From Candidatus Altiarchaeota archaeon (lineage in GTDB: Archaea; Altiarchaeota; Altiarchaeia; IMC4; SCGC-AAA252-I15), in the NCBI GenBank assembly GCA_043800705.1, contig JAZDMS010000010.1, forward strand, positions 64,001 through 128,000: 64,000 bases of DNA, given 5' to 3'. The translations under genes and the position numbers were made by a program. How positions within the stretch are numbered: the stretch's first letter is position 1; each line of letters opens with the position of its first letter. Shown in pieces: positions 27,268 through 37,490 of the stretch. Under the pieces are notes generated by a model. The model had not been told where the DNA came from and searched no databases. It was given only the letters and a program-made list of their open reading frames with translations.

Positions 27268-29266
27268 GCTCCGCAGGCGGCGCGGCCATGACCCTGGCAA
27301 GGCATGTTACCACTACCATCAGCGCGCCTGCCGCCAGGGCGGCGATAAGTAGGGGGTTCGACAGGGCCGACTCCTGCGCATTTGCCAGTGTCTTCTTCAG
27401 TTCGGCGGCTCTCGGGAGGCTCAAGCTCATGTAAGGCGTCTCAAGGACCAGGGGGTCCTCTATCGTGATCGCGGCCGCCGCTTCGGCGACGTGCTCACTT
27501 TCCTGGTCCAACACGTCGGCGCCTATGATATAGTCGCCGTATGGGGTGTCGTATCCGGCGTAGGCGTCGAATCTGGCGATTCCAACTCCCCCCCCTTGGA
27601 CAAAGACCTCCTTTGTCGAGTCTCCGGCTTCGCTCAGCCCCTGCGGCATGTCGATGATGATCAGGTATTTCCCGGTCCTGTTGGCCGTGATGCTGGCGAC
27701 TATGGCGAAGCTCTCGCCTCTTCCTGCGACATAGGGCGCAACGATGCTCAGGCCGACGGCTGGCTTCGGGCATTTCGGACAGGGACCTCCGCAGTCGACG
27801 TCCGCCTCTTCGTTGTTCCTGATGAGGTCGCCGCAGCCTGCATCGGTCCTTCCAGAAGGGATCGTCATGGTCGTCGTCGCCATCCCCCGGCCTGTGCAGT
27901 CGTGCCTGCCGAAGTTGCCGTTGAGCCTGCTTGAGTCTTTTTCGCCGACCATTCCGTCGCGGTTGTTGTCTGCGCCGGCGCACCAGCCCCCCTCGGGGGA
28001 GCAGTCGTTCGCGCCGAACCATTCCTTCATGATCGCCAGGTCCTTTTCGTCGACTTTGGAGTCGCGGTTGGCGTCGGACCATTCGCACCAGTCATCCGGC
28101 CGAATCGGCATCGTAGCCGTCGTCTGTGTTTTCGCCAGGGTCGTGCTCGTCACCTGCTGAAAGCCCTTAAGCGTTGTCGTCACAGGCGGATGATCCCTCG
28201 CCGTCGAGGTTGTCGTAGATTGGCTTCTCGGCGTTGCGGTCACGTTCAGGGGGTTGCAGTCGAGCCTGCCTTTGTTGTAGTTGACGAGGTCGAGCTCGAT
28301 CCTGTTCACAAAACCGTCGCGGTTGATGTCCGATTCCCTGCACCATTCGTTGAATTTTTCGCAGTCGTCCCTGTTCCAGTTGTCGATGACGGTCTCAAGG
28401 TCCTCGCCGTCGACGTATCCATTCCGGTCAATGTCCGCGCCCCAGCACCACCAATGCCTGGGCAGTGTCGTGGTCGTCGTGGCCATGAGAGTCGTCGTGG
28501 GCGGCGGCCTGCAGTCTGTGCGTTTGTAGTTCTTTATGATACGCGTCTCGTCGTCTTTGTCCACATCCCCGTCATTGTCTATGTCGGCGCCTTTGCAGAA
28601 GCCGTTGCCGCTGTAGCAGTCCGTTCTGCCGAAATATTTTATGAAAATGGTTATGTCCCTTTCGCCTACGGTCCTGTCCCAGTTGATGTCCGCTCCTTGG
28701 CACCATGCCCCCTGGGGCTGTATGATCGTGGTTGTCGTGGTCTCGGGAATCACGGCTATCAAGGTGGTGTTGACAATGGCGGTCTTCAGGTTGACGACGT
28801 TGACGGACGTGGAATACCTGTTGTATCCGGGCTTGGCCAGCGATATCGTGTGTTGTCCTGTCGTGATGTTCCTCATCATATACGGGCTCAGGCCCCTGAA
28901 GAAGCCGTCTATCCTCACATATGCGCCTGGGGGGGAGGAGTCGACGAGAATGTTGCCCATGCTTATAAGCTGCAGCGTCGCGTTGACTATCGTAGTGTGG
29001 TAGGATATCACTTCAGTCTTTTTCTTGTAGACCTCGTAGTAGGGGTGCGATATGACGATCCTATACACGTCTACCGGCGCCCAGTCCCTCCTGTACGGGG
29101 TCTCGCCGACGGCCGAGCCGTTGATCGTGACTTGGGACCCCCGTGGTACTGAGTCGACGATGAGGGTGCCCGGGAACGGAATGGTGGTGGTCGTGGTCGT
29201 GGTCGCCTGCGAGAATCCGATGAGACATGCAAGGGCAAGGGCGGCGTATGCGGTTTTGGCGCTCAT
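27257..29266 (-). CDS. Surface protein: two PEGA domains, three Cys-flanked dockerin-like repeats, Ig-like domain, C-terminal TM
   Basis: VDSxPxG PEGA starts; WCxxADxxxDxxVxxxD repeats; Thr linkers. Confidence 0.8.
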   Translation of the reverse strand: MSAKTAYAALALACLIGFSQATTTTTTTIPFPGTLIVDSVPRGSQVTINGSAVGETPYRRDWAPVDVYRIVISHPYYEVYKKKTEVISYHTTIVNATLQLISMGNILVDSSPPGAYVRIDGFFRGLSPYMMRNITTGQHTISLAKPGYNRYSTSVNVVNLKTAIVNTTLIAVIPETTTTTIIQPQGAWCQGADINWDRTVGERDITIFIKYFGRTDCYSGNGFCKGADIDNDGDVDKDDETRIIKNYKRTDCRPPPTTTLMATTTTTLPRHWWCWGADIDRNGYVDGEDLETVIDNWNRDDCEKFNEWCRESDINRDGFVNRIELDLVNYNKGRLDCNPLNVTATPRSQSTTTSTARDHPPVTTTLKGFQQVTSTTLAKTQTTATMPIRPDDWCEWSDANRDSKVDEKDLAIMKEWFGANDCSPEGGWCAGADNNRDGMVGEKDSSRLNGNFGRHDCTGRGMATTTMTIPSGRTDAGCGDLIRNNEEADVDCGGPCPKCPKPAVGLSIVAPYVAGRGESFAIVASITANRTGKYLIIIDMPQGLSEAGDSTKEVFVQGGGVGIARFDAYAGYDTPYGDYIIGADVLDQESEHVAEAAAAITIEDPLVLETPYMSLSLPRAAELKKTLANAQESALSNPLLIAALAAGALMVVVTCLARVMAAPPAEPKS

Positions 29267-29293
29267 CGATGAAACTATTGTCGGATGCGAATA

Positions 29294-30526
29294 TTAAGTT
29301 CGGAAGTCCCCGAGCTTTTTCTGGCCTCCCCTGTAGTATCTGTCCTTTTCGCCTGTGAGGCTCGGGTGGCCGTAGTTCCCTCCCCCGCCTGCGACGTACC
29401 TCATCCTGCCCTGCCTGAAGAGGTTGATGACGGTCCCGACCTCCTTGTCCGCCTTTAGGACCTCGGATATGTCTGCGTCGACAAGGACGTCGATCTCGGT
29501 GCCGAAGCTGGCAACGAGCGCGTCCCACCGGTTCTTCACCCTCTTGCTCGTGATGGTCGCGGTCTTCGTCGCAAGGGCGATGGCCTCCGCAAGGGGGATG
29601 ATGTGCAGGTACGGCGGCCTGTGTTCCGGGTGCCTCGGCGCATCATGGGTCGCGAGCTCGTCTATCCTGTCGGCGACGCCCTTCTTCACGATGCCCCTGC
29701 ATTCGGGGCATCGCCTGTTCATCTTCAGGGCGTCGGCCCATCTGAACTTCAGGAAGCAGCGGCTGCATGCGCTGACGTGGTATTTCCCCTCGAGGGGGTT
29801 GAGTCCCGCGTTCATGGTGAACTTTCTGCCGCCCTCCCTGCAGATAGCCTTGCGGATCTCATCGAATGTCGGCTCCTTCACGAGGATGCGGTTGAATTCG
29901 CGCCCGAGCCTGTGTGGCCAGGGGCTGTGGCAGTCGCTGTTGGACATGTAAGTCAGCCCGGACAGCTCCGCCACCCTGTCTGCGCTGTCGGCGTCGGCGC
30001 TGAGCCCGAGCTCAAGGAACCTGACACGCTTCAGCCTGTCGCCGTAGCATTCCGCGAGTGAACTGAACTCCTTGTACAGCGAGGTCCAGGGCGTGAATGC
30101 GTGCGCCGGGCCGATCAGGCCGCCGACGGATTCGACGCAGTCGACGAGCTCCGGTGCGCCCATGCGGACGTTCGGCCTCCCGTCGGTGTCGATGTTGACT
30201 GACCTCTTCCTCAGCGCGTCGGCCAGCTGATCCGCGGCCTCTAACGACGGCAGGAGGATGACGTGGTGGACGCGCCTTTCGTCCTCGACCTCGGTCTGAA
30301 TGACGAACCTGGTCGGGGAATTCGGGGCCTTGTAGAGTCCTGCCTCGGATTCGGTGAGGCATTCCCTGAGGTGCCTGCGCCATCCGCCGTGCAGCGCGTC
30401 CGCGGTGGCGAGCACGTCGAGGCCTTTGAGCGGGGCCTGGCTTGCAAGGAGCGGTATGCTCATCTCCTCGCTCGTTCCGCCCGAGTATCTTCCGTGTATG
30501 TGGAAGTCGACGTCCAGCTCGATCAT
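29294..30526 (-). CDS. Endonuclease Q / TIGR00375 PHP-family nuclease
   Basis: DFHIHGRYS, PAHAFTPW, ELGLSAD, SNSDCHS, GREFN, Zn ribbon. Confidence 0.9.
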   Translation of the reverse strand: MIELDVDFHIHGRYSGGTSEEMSIPLLASQAPLKGLDVLATADALHGGWRRHLRECLTESEAGLYKAPNSPTRFVIQTEVEDERRVHHVILLPSLEAADQLADALRKRSVNIDTDGRPNVRMGAPELVDCVESVGGLIGPAHAFTPWTSLYKEFSSLAECYGDRLKRVRFLELGLSADADSADRVAELSGLTYMSNSDCHSPWPHRLGREFNRILVKEPTFDEIRKAICREGGRKFTMNAGLNPLEGKYHVSACSRCFLKFRWADALKMNRRCPECRGIVKKGVADRIDELATHDAPRHPEHRPPYLHIIPLAEAIALATKTATITSKRVKNRWDALVASFGTEIDVLVDADISEVLKADKEVGTVINLFRQGRMRYVAGGGGNYGHPSLTGEKDRYYRGGQKKLGDFRT

Positions 30527-30562
30527 ATTGTGGGATTACTTGTCGCAGCCGCTAAAATACCT

Positions 30563-32257
30563 CTAGCCTGTCTGGTTCCTCAAGGCCAGCTTGAAGAGGA
30601 CCGACCTGTACTTGCTGTTCTCTATGCAGCTGTGGTGCCAGTCCTCGTTGTCGGTCATGAAAATGAGGCGGGCTGAGAACCTGTCGAACAGTTCCAGGGA
30701 GTAGATGCCTCCGAGGGGATAGATGCCGTCGGTGCTCCTGTCAAAAAGGAGCCTCTTGCCCGTGTCGAACCTCACATTGGAGTAGTCCCTCCCAGTCTGG
30801 GTGTTTATCAGCGCCTGGCGGTCGGAGTCGTATGCGAGCATGCCCTCCTGCATCCCGTCGTATGACAGGCCCTGTGTCGTGACGTAGACCGGCGTTCCGT
30901 TCCTGATCATCGCCTCGATGTCGTCAAGGCTCTTCCTCACCTGTTTCGGGTCGCTTAGGCTCGAGCCGGATGGGTGGCCGATTCCCTTCCGCTTCGCGTA
31001 GTATTCGTAGTGCATCGTCTCATCCATGCCCATGATGACGGCATTCGCCTCAGTGACGTTGCCTATCCTCTTGGAGAAGTCGCACGGGCCGCATGTGACT
31101 CTCCTGTATTCGAGCACCGGGTATATGTTCGAGAACATCCAGCCGACGAGGACCACCATGACGATGGCGACCGGGAGATAGTCGTATTTCAGCCAGAGCT
31201 TCTCCACCGTGACCGCTGCGAGGATGACCGGGGCGGCGAGGGCCGGTATGACGAACCTCGGCGACGTGGATATGAGGTTGCCGAGATACAGGAAGAACAG
31301 AAGGAACCATAGGATGAGGGCCAATGCCTTGATCTTGTCCTCCCTCCATGCGAGGAAGGCCCCCACGAGGGCGAGGACCCAGCCGAGGGGGGTCATGGAT
31401 ACCGTCGCCCACATGAGCGATAGCATCAGCATCGGCGAGAAGAGGCTGAATCCGACGTTGGTCTCCGCGCTCACGGACCTGAACCGGCTGACGAGGTCGA
31501 ATCCCGGCTCGTTGATCATCTTCGGAACGAAGAATACGACGAAGACCGCGAACGAGACTGCGACTATGATCGCCACGTCCCCTACCAGGCCCTCCTTAGG
31601 CCGGTTGAACTTTATCCTGAGCGCCTTGCCCTTCTTCTTAAGCTCGAAGGGGTTGTTCGCGCGGAAGTACAGAAGAAACAAGGCAGGAAGGAAAAGGACG
31701 CTCGTCTGCCTGATAGCCATCGTAAACCCCATCGAGGCTGCGGTGAGGACCTTCAGCCCCAGGCTGTCCCTCTCCCCGGCCAGGATGCCGATGTATCCGG
31801 TGAGCATGATGAAGAACAGCTCCATCCCGTGGCCGTGGCCCCAGGTCGAAAGCGACAGCTGCACCGGCAGGAACGTCATCATCAGAGCGGAGTAGACTCC
31901 GACATGTTCTGAATCGAAGATCTTCCTCGATAGGAGGAATATCATCGGCACACACAGGGCGCCGAATAGGACGCCGGAGAACAGCGTGGACGCCTCCGCG
32001 TTCGAGGCCCCAAAGAGCCTGAATACAGCATAGGTCGCGGTGTTGAGTACCGCCTGGCCGGGGTAGCCGAGCTCCCCCTGCAGGTAGTAGAGCCTTCCGG
32101 TCTCAATCGTCTTCTCCGCGGCGTTGGCTTCGATGACGGAGTCCGTGTGGAAAAGGCCCCCTGCCTGGAAATGGTAGCGGAGGCCGAAGGCGAGAATGAA
32201 CAGGACGAATGCCATCTGCAGGTCCCTGTTTCCTGCCAGGGCCTTCCTCATGTCCAT
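30563..32257 (-). CDS. GT-C fold glycosyltransferase (GT39/PMT-like)
   Basis: Multi-TM protein with early acidic loop; in glycosylation cluster. Confidence 0.75.
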   Translation of the reverse strand: MDMRKALAGNRDLQMAFVLFILAFGLRYHFQAGGLFHTDSVIEANAAEKTIETGRLYYLQGELGYPGQAVLNTATYAVFRLFGASNAEASTLFSGVLFGALCVPMIFLLSRKIFDSEHVGVYSALMMTFLPVQLSLSTWGHGHGMELFFIMLTGYIGILAGERDSLGLKVLTAASMGFTMAIRQTSVLFLPALFLLYFRANNPFELKKKGKALRIKFNRPKEGLVGDVAIIVAVSFAVFVVFFVPKMINEPGFDLVSRFRSVSAETNVGFSLFSPMLMLSLMWATVSMTPLGWVLALVGAFLAWREDKIKALALILWFLLFFLYLGNLISTSPRFVIPALAAPVILAAVTVEKLWLKYDYLPVAIVMVVLVGWMFSNIYPVLEYRRVTCGPCDFSKRIGNVTEANAVIMGMDETMHYEYYAKRKGIGHPSGSSLSDPKQVRKSLDDIEAMIRNGTPVYVTTQGLSYDGMQEGMLAYDSDRQALINTQTGRDYSNVRFDTGKRLLFDRSTDGIYPLGGIYSLELFDRFSARLIFMTDNEDWHHSCIENSKYRSVLFKLALRNQTG

Positions 32258-33709
32258 CTAACCGTCCCTCGCTGCCAAAGACGCCATATGCCCCCTCAGG
32301 ACCGCCGCCGTCCCCCTGATCAGGAGCTTCAGGTCGTGAACGTTCCTGACCGCGGACAGCTTCTTGAATATGAACTTCGGCCTGAAGTAGACCTCCTTCC
32401 AGGCGCTCTCGCACATGGCGACTATCTCCTTCGCGGACATGTTCGGGTTCAGAAGCGACGGCTCGCTCATGTCGAACCTCTCCCACTCACCCTCCGGATA
32501 GCGGAGCCACCCGCTATTCTTCGCCTCCTCGAACAGCTTCGTCCCCGGATACACGATAGGTATCGAGAACTGGACGGTGTCGACGTCCAACTCCTTGACG
32601 AATTCGATGGTCTTGCGCATGTCCTCGCGGTTCTCCCACGGGTAGCCTATCATCACGGTCCCGTGGCGCATGATCCCCGCCTCCTTCGCCGCCTTGAACC
32701 CGGCCCTGACCTGCTCCACCGTGTATCCTTTCTGTATCCTCTCCAGCGTTTTCGGGCTTGCGCTTTCCACCCCGAACTTTATGAGCCTGCACCCAGACGA
32801 CTTCATAGTCTTCAAAAGCTCGAGGTCGACGTTGTCGACGCGGCCATTGCAGCTCCAAACGACCCTTATACCCCTCTCCTTGATGCCGCTGCAGAAGTCC
32901 ATCAGCCACTGGCGGTCGCAGGTGAATGTGTGGTCGTCGAAGAATATCTCCCTGAGCCCGTGCTTGGCGATGACCTCCTGCATCTCGTCAAGGACCCTCT
33001 TCACGCCCCTGAACCTGACCTTGTTCGAATAGAGCATCTGCGGCCACGAACAGAAGGTGCACCTGTACGGGCAGCCGCGTGAGGCCATCATGTACGCGAA
33101 CTCGTCGTGGAGCCTCCACGATTCGTGGTAGTTGCGCCAGGGTATGATCTCCCTGTCGATGAAGGGAAGGCTGTCGAGGTCTTCGAGGAGTTCGTATCTG
33201 CCTGTGTCCATTACCTTGCCGCCTTCGCGGTAGTATGTCCCTGCGGGAAGGGGTGAGCCCTTGTCAAGGTGCCTTGCGAGCTTGAGCATGCTGATGTCGA
33301 AGTCCCCGCCGGTAAGGACGTAGTCGACCTTCGAGTTCTCCAGCGTCTCCCTAGGGAGGACGGAGACGTGGTCCCCGCAGACGGCGACCTTAAGGCCGGG
33401 GAGCCTTTCCTTTATCCTGCCGACTGTCTCCCAGCTTCCCTTTATCGTCGGCGTCTTCGCCTCGTAGACCAAGAGGTCAGGCTTGAATCCCTCGAGGCGC
33501 GAAATAAACTCCTCGTCAGAGAGGGACTCGTAGATGGAGTCGACGAAACCCACGTCGTAGCCTTCGGCCTTCCACTGGGTGACGCCGCTTGCAGGGATCA
33601 TGGGATATATGAGCTCCCTGTCGCCCCTCATCTTCGCGAAACGGTTCTGGCTGACTGTGATATATCCCCTCTCGCTGCGGAAAGGCATGTATGCGAAGAC
33701 CGTCCTCAT
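32258..33709 (-). CDS. B12-binding radical SAM protein
   Basis: SRGCPYRCTFC, FFDDHTF, FGVES. Confidence 0.92.
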   Translation of the reverse strand: MRTVFAYMPFRSERGYITVSQNRFAKMRGDRELIYPMIPASGVTQWKAEGYDVGFVDSIYESLSDEEFISRLEGFKPDLLVYEAKTPTIKGSWETVGRIKERLPGLKVAVCGDHVSVLPRETLENSKVDYVLTGGDFDISMLKLARHLDKGSPLPAGTYYREGGKVMDTGRYELLEDLDSLPFIDREIIPWRNYHESWRLHDEFAYMMASRGCPYRCTFCSWPQMLYSNKVRFRGVKRVLDEMQEVIAKHGLREIFFDDHTFTCDRQWLMDFCSGIKERGIRVVWSCNGRVDNVDLELLKTMKSSGCRLIKFGVESASPKTLERIQKGYTVEQVRAGFKAAKEAGIMRHGTVMIGYPWENREDMRKTIEFVKELDVDTVQFSIPIVYPGTKLFEEAKNSGWLRYPEGEWERFDMSEPSLLNPNMSAKEIVAMCESAWKEVYFRPKFIFKKLSAVRNVHDLKLLIRGTAAVLRGHMASLAARDG

Positions 33710-34668
33710 AGATTCACCCTGCTCACTTTGACCTCCGAATCCCCTCTCTTACCCAGCCCCAGAACCTGCATAAGCAGGCCCCAGACGAAACCTGCCCCGT
33801 ACGACACATGTATCGTCGGATAAAGCAGCCACATAATCGGGAAAATCAACGGTTCCCCTCTCTTGGCCGCGCTCCTGAGGCTTTCCAGGCCGGTGAAGGT
33901 TAAGTATAGCAACAAGGGCATTAAATATGCTGCCGAATCAGAAGCCAGGACGACCGGTGCCGCCGATAACAGATACGCGGCAAAGAGCGACGGCATCGCG
34001 AAAACGGGCTTGAATGAAGTCGGCTGTATGATCATCTGTTCCATCCTCCCGCGGCCGTAGCTCACGTTCTTCCTGATCACCCCCAATATCGTCGACGCCC
34101 TGCTGTGGTAGACCAAGGATCTGGGCTCGTAGATCATCCTGTGACCCTTTGATGCAAGCCTGTTGAAGAACTCGTTCTCCTCGTTGGGGAAGAGATCGGG
34201 TCGTAGGCCGCCCTCATTGAGGTAGACGTCCCTCCTGCATGTGAGGTTGCATAGTACGAGTCTGGTCTCGTCCGCTTCGCATGTGTCCCCTATGGGCTTG
34301 AACCTGTACCTCATCCCCGCCGCGCCGATGTAGGACTCCATCGTGTACCCGAAGCACCGTGCGATGAGGGGGTCGTCTTCCGGCGTTATCATCGGCCCTC
34401 CGACGGCGGCGACACCCTCCTTGCCAAAATGGGGGAGGAAATGCTCCAGTACGTCGGGCGCGACGATGACGTCGTCGTCGAGGAAGTAGACTATATCGCC
34501 CTTCGCCTTCCTCACGGCCTCGTTACGCTGCTTCGAGGGCGAGCGGCCCTGGGCGACGATGACCTCCTTCAGCTTCTTCGGGTAATCTATCCTTCTGATG
34601 GACTTTACGCAGACGTCCGGCTTCAGCCCCGGCCCGATCGGTATGATGAAACTTATCCTGTGCTGCAT
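33706..34668 (-). CDS. Glycosyltransferase family 2
   Basis: QRNEAV, FLDDD, NEENEF, YGRGR. Confidence 0.9.
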   Translation of the reverse strand: MQHRISFIIPIGPGLKPDVCVKSIRRIDYPKKLKEVIVAQGRSPSKQRNEAVRKAKGDIVYFLDDDVIVAPDVLEHFLPHFGKEGVAAVGGPMITPEDDPLIARCFGYTMESYIGAAGMRYRFKPIGDTCEADETRLVLCNLTCRRDVYLNEGGLRPDLFPNEENEFFNRLASKGHRMIYEPRSLVYHSRASTILGVIRKNVSYGRGRMEQMIIQPTSFKPVFAMPSLFAAYLLSAAPVVLASDSAAYLMPLLLYLTFTGLESLRSAAKRGEPLIFPIMWLLYPTIHVSYGAGFVWGLLMQVLGLGKRGDSEVKVSRVNL

Positions 34669-34692
34669 GCTAATCCGCTATGTTGGATAAGT

Positions 34693-35028
34693 CTAAGGAA
34701 ACCCAGTTTTTATACGCGATGGCGGAACCTGCAAGCACCTGCGGCATATCGCCAAAATGAACATCAGCATCGATATCGCGACCATAGTCTCGGCAGGGAC
34801 TCCGACCGGACGAAGCGCCAACGAGAGGGCCTTCCTTGAGAAAAGGGCCGCAGCGAATGCGCCTAGGGCGGCCAATGCCGCGGCGACCGCGGTGGCGTTC
34901 ACCTCCCCCCGTAATTATGATGGCGAGGAAGGCGTAGCCTGCGCAGGCGGAGAGGACGAGGTCCTGGAAAGCACGAGCGCGAATATCGCTATCCCGACGA
35001 CCGACAGGTACTTCGTGGATATCTTCAT
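34693..35028 (-). pseudogene. Internally deleted remnant of a flippase-like (UPF0104/LPG-synthase TM) gene
   Basis: MKISTKYLSVVGIAIFALVLSR start, then out-of-frame hydrophobic fragments; lies between dpm1-like and GT2 genes. Confidence 0.4.
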
Positions 35029-35036
35029 AAGCAAAC

Positions 35037-35735
35037 CTAGACCGTCAGCCTCAGCCTTATCACAGCGAACGGGTATGCTAGGATGATCCTCCAATTCAGC
35101 TTCGAGGACCCGGACGCCCTCGGATTGAATACGATCGGTATCTCCCTCATCATGAAGCCCGCCTTCTTGCACCTGTAGAGTATCTCCGCGCCCACGGAAT
35201 ATCCGGTCGATATGAAATGGTCCAGGTCGATGGACTTGAGCACATCGGCCCTGTAGCATTTGTACCCCCCGCTCGAGTCCTTTACCGGCAGGCCGAGGAC
35301 GAATATGTTGAAATAGTTGGCGAACTTGGAAAGCAGGTGCTGAATGTGAGCCTTCGTCTTCGTGCCCCCGCCTTCTACGTACCTTGAGCCGACTACGACG
35401 TCGGTGCCTTCGATCCCCCTAAGCATCGCCGGGATGTACTTTGGGTCGTGGCTGAAGTCCGCGTCCATCTCTATCACGACATCGTAGCCGTTTTCGATCG
35501 CATACCTGAATCCGGCCGTCCCAGCGCTCGTGCGCCCGCGGACCCCCTTCCTCGAAAGAAGATGGATCCTCGGCTCCCCCCTCGACATCTCCCGCACGAT
35601 CCCGCCGGTGCCGTCCGGGCTGTCGTCATCCACGACTACGGCCTCGATCCTCCCATCCTGCGAAAGCACCTCCTCCAGGAGCCTGCCAATATTCCCGGCC
35701 TCGTTGTACGTGGGCACCATTGCGATCGGCCTCAT
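35037..35735 (-). CDS. Polyprenol-phosphate mannose synthase (DPM1-like GT2)
   Basis: PTYNEAGN, VDDDSPDGT, MDADFSHDP, GSRY. Confidence 0.93.
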   Translation of the reverse strand: MRPIAMVPTYNEAGNIGRLLEEVLSQDGRIEAVVVDDDSPDGTGGIVREMSRGEPRIHLLSRKGVRGRTSAGTAGFRYAIENGYDVVIEMDADFSHDPKYIPAMLRGIEGTDVVVGSRYVEGGGTKTKAHIQHLLSKFANYFNIFVLGLPVKDSSGGYKCYRADVLKSIDLDHFISTGYSVGAEILYRCKKAGFMMREIPIVFNPRASGSSKLNWRIILAYPFAVIRLRLTV

Positions 35736-35787
35736 CAGAGAATCATCTGAATCATCGAATAAATATCTATCCGGTACAATACCTACC

Positions 35788-36972
35788 ATGCGGATACTCT
35801 ATCTGACGCGCCAGAGGTTCCTGCCTCCGGAAGACCGGGAGGGCGAGGTCGACAGGAACATCGTGGCCAGGATGGTCTCCCGGGGCCACGAGGTGACCGT
35901 GCTCGCCCCCCATGAGCTCGGCGAGGAAGAGGTCAAGCAGGTGCAGACGAGGCACAACATACGCCTCATACGATTCATCGGCCATGGAGCGTCCCGAAGC
36001 CCGACGGAGAGCCTCTCAGCAGCCGTAACCTTCTGCATCCTCGCCTCCTTCAAGCTCTTGACGATCAGGCTGACGGAAAGATACGACATAGTGTTCCTCT
36101 CGGACGCTCCGGCCGTAAGCCCCGCAATGTTCATTCGAAGGCTGGACGGCAGCCTCTTCGCGATCAACCTGACAGACTTCATCTCCAGGCTGTCAGGTCG
36201 CGGCGGAAAAGGCCTCGGATTCCTGGGCAGGGCGCTATTCAGGCTCGAATGCCTGTCCATCTCGATGTTCGACCTGGCGTTCGCCCCTTCGCCGCAGATG
36301 AAGATGCTCCTTGTCCAAGGAGGGTGTACGCCGAGCAAGTTGCACGTGGCATACAGCGGCGTAGACACATGCCGCTTCAGCGCGCAGTCCGTCGACGACA
36401 AGGATGTCGGCTGGATCAGGATGGAATGCGGCATAGAGCGGAGGATAATCCTATACAACGGATCACTCGAAGGCGGAATATCAGACCGGTTCAAGGCCAT
36501 AGCGGAGGAGGTGCTGAGCGCAAATAACGACGTCACATTCCTGATATTCGGCGAGGGGTCCAGCTACGGCCGCCTCAAGAGCGAGATCCAGTCAGACAAC
36601 GTCAAATTCGTCGGCCCCATGCCGCCGGACCTGTATATGGCCTACGTTTTCGCCGCAAACGCCGGGCTGGTCCTCACTGACGAGTCCTTCGAGAACGAAT
36701 ACCGCGTGCCGCCGCAGATATTCGAGTACCTGTCGATCGGCCTGCCAGTGGCGAGCACCGGTTCCAGGGCGATCAGTGAGCTGTTTCGCGTGCACGACTT
36801 CATCCGTCTATCTGATTCCCCCAAGGAGCTTGCGAATTTCCTCATCGAACTGATAGACCGGCCCAAATCAGACGACGCCGTCAACCTAGTCAGGGAACGC
36901 CACAGCTGGGAGGCCATAGCCACCAACATAACCGAGATAGTCGAGCTGAAAGCCGGAAAGAACAGCATGTGA
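35788..36972 (+). CDS. Glycosyltransferase family 4
   Basis: RGHEVTVL, SGVD, IFEYLSIGLPV. Confidence 0.85.
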   Translation: MRILYLTRQRFLPPEDREGEVDRNIVARMVSRGHEVTVLAPHELGEEEVKQVQTRHNIRLIRFIGHGASRSPTESLSAAVTFCILASFKLLTIRLTERYDIVFLSDAPAVSPAMFIRRLDGSLFAINLTDFISRLSGRGGKGLGFLGRALFRLECLSISMFDLAFAPSPQMKMLLVQGGCTPSKLHVAYSGVDTCRFSAQSVDDKDVGWIRMECGIERRIILYNGSLEGGISDRFKAIAEEVLSANNDVTFLIFGEGSSYGRLKSEIQSDNVKFVGPMPPDLYMAYVFAANAGLVLTDESFENEYRVPPQIFEYLSIGLPVASTGSRAISELFRVHDFIRLSDSPKELANFLIELIDRPKSDDAVNLVRERHSWEAIATNITEIVELKAGKNSM

Positions 36973-37175
36973 CTGAGGCTCGAAGCGGAAAAGACTCAGA
37001 AGGGAAGCCGCCCTTTCAGCCGTAATGCGGTTGGAGGGGGTGTGGGCCTACAACCCCCTCCGTGGGTGGTCTAATTACGCATTTACCCCATCAGTAGCTT
37101 AACGTAAGCTATTGACGTATAGTCTAGTACTCCTATATGCGTTTAAGTATCTACGTTTCCTAAGGGAAAGTAAGC

Positions 37176-37490
37176 ATGATAAAGAAACCAAAACAGACGG
37201 GCATCCTGGAATTCCTCGCCTCGAAGAAATGGATGCTCCTTGTGCTCACCGAGCTGCACTTCCACGGCACGCAGAGGTTCAGCGAGCTTCTTGAAAACCT
37301 CCGCAACGTCAGCCCGAAGATACTGTCCAAGCGCCTGAAGGAGCTTGAGGAGAGGGGGCTGATAACGAGGCAGCGGTTCAACGAGATCCCCCCCCGCGTC
37401 GAATACACGCTGACCCAGAAGGGCGGCGAGCTGGTCAAGTCATTCAAGGACGTCGGCAAATGGGCGCTCGAATGGGAAAGCGGGCCCTAA
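37176..37490 (+). CDS. HxlR-family wHTH regulator
   Basis: RFSEL..SPKILSKRLKELE..PPRVEYTLT. Confidence 0.93.
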   Translation: MIKKPKQTGILEFLASKKWMLLVLTELHFHGTQRFSELLENLRNVSPKILSKRLKELEERGLITRQRFNEIPPRVEYTLTQKGGELVKSFKDVGKWALEWESGP

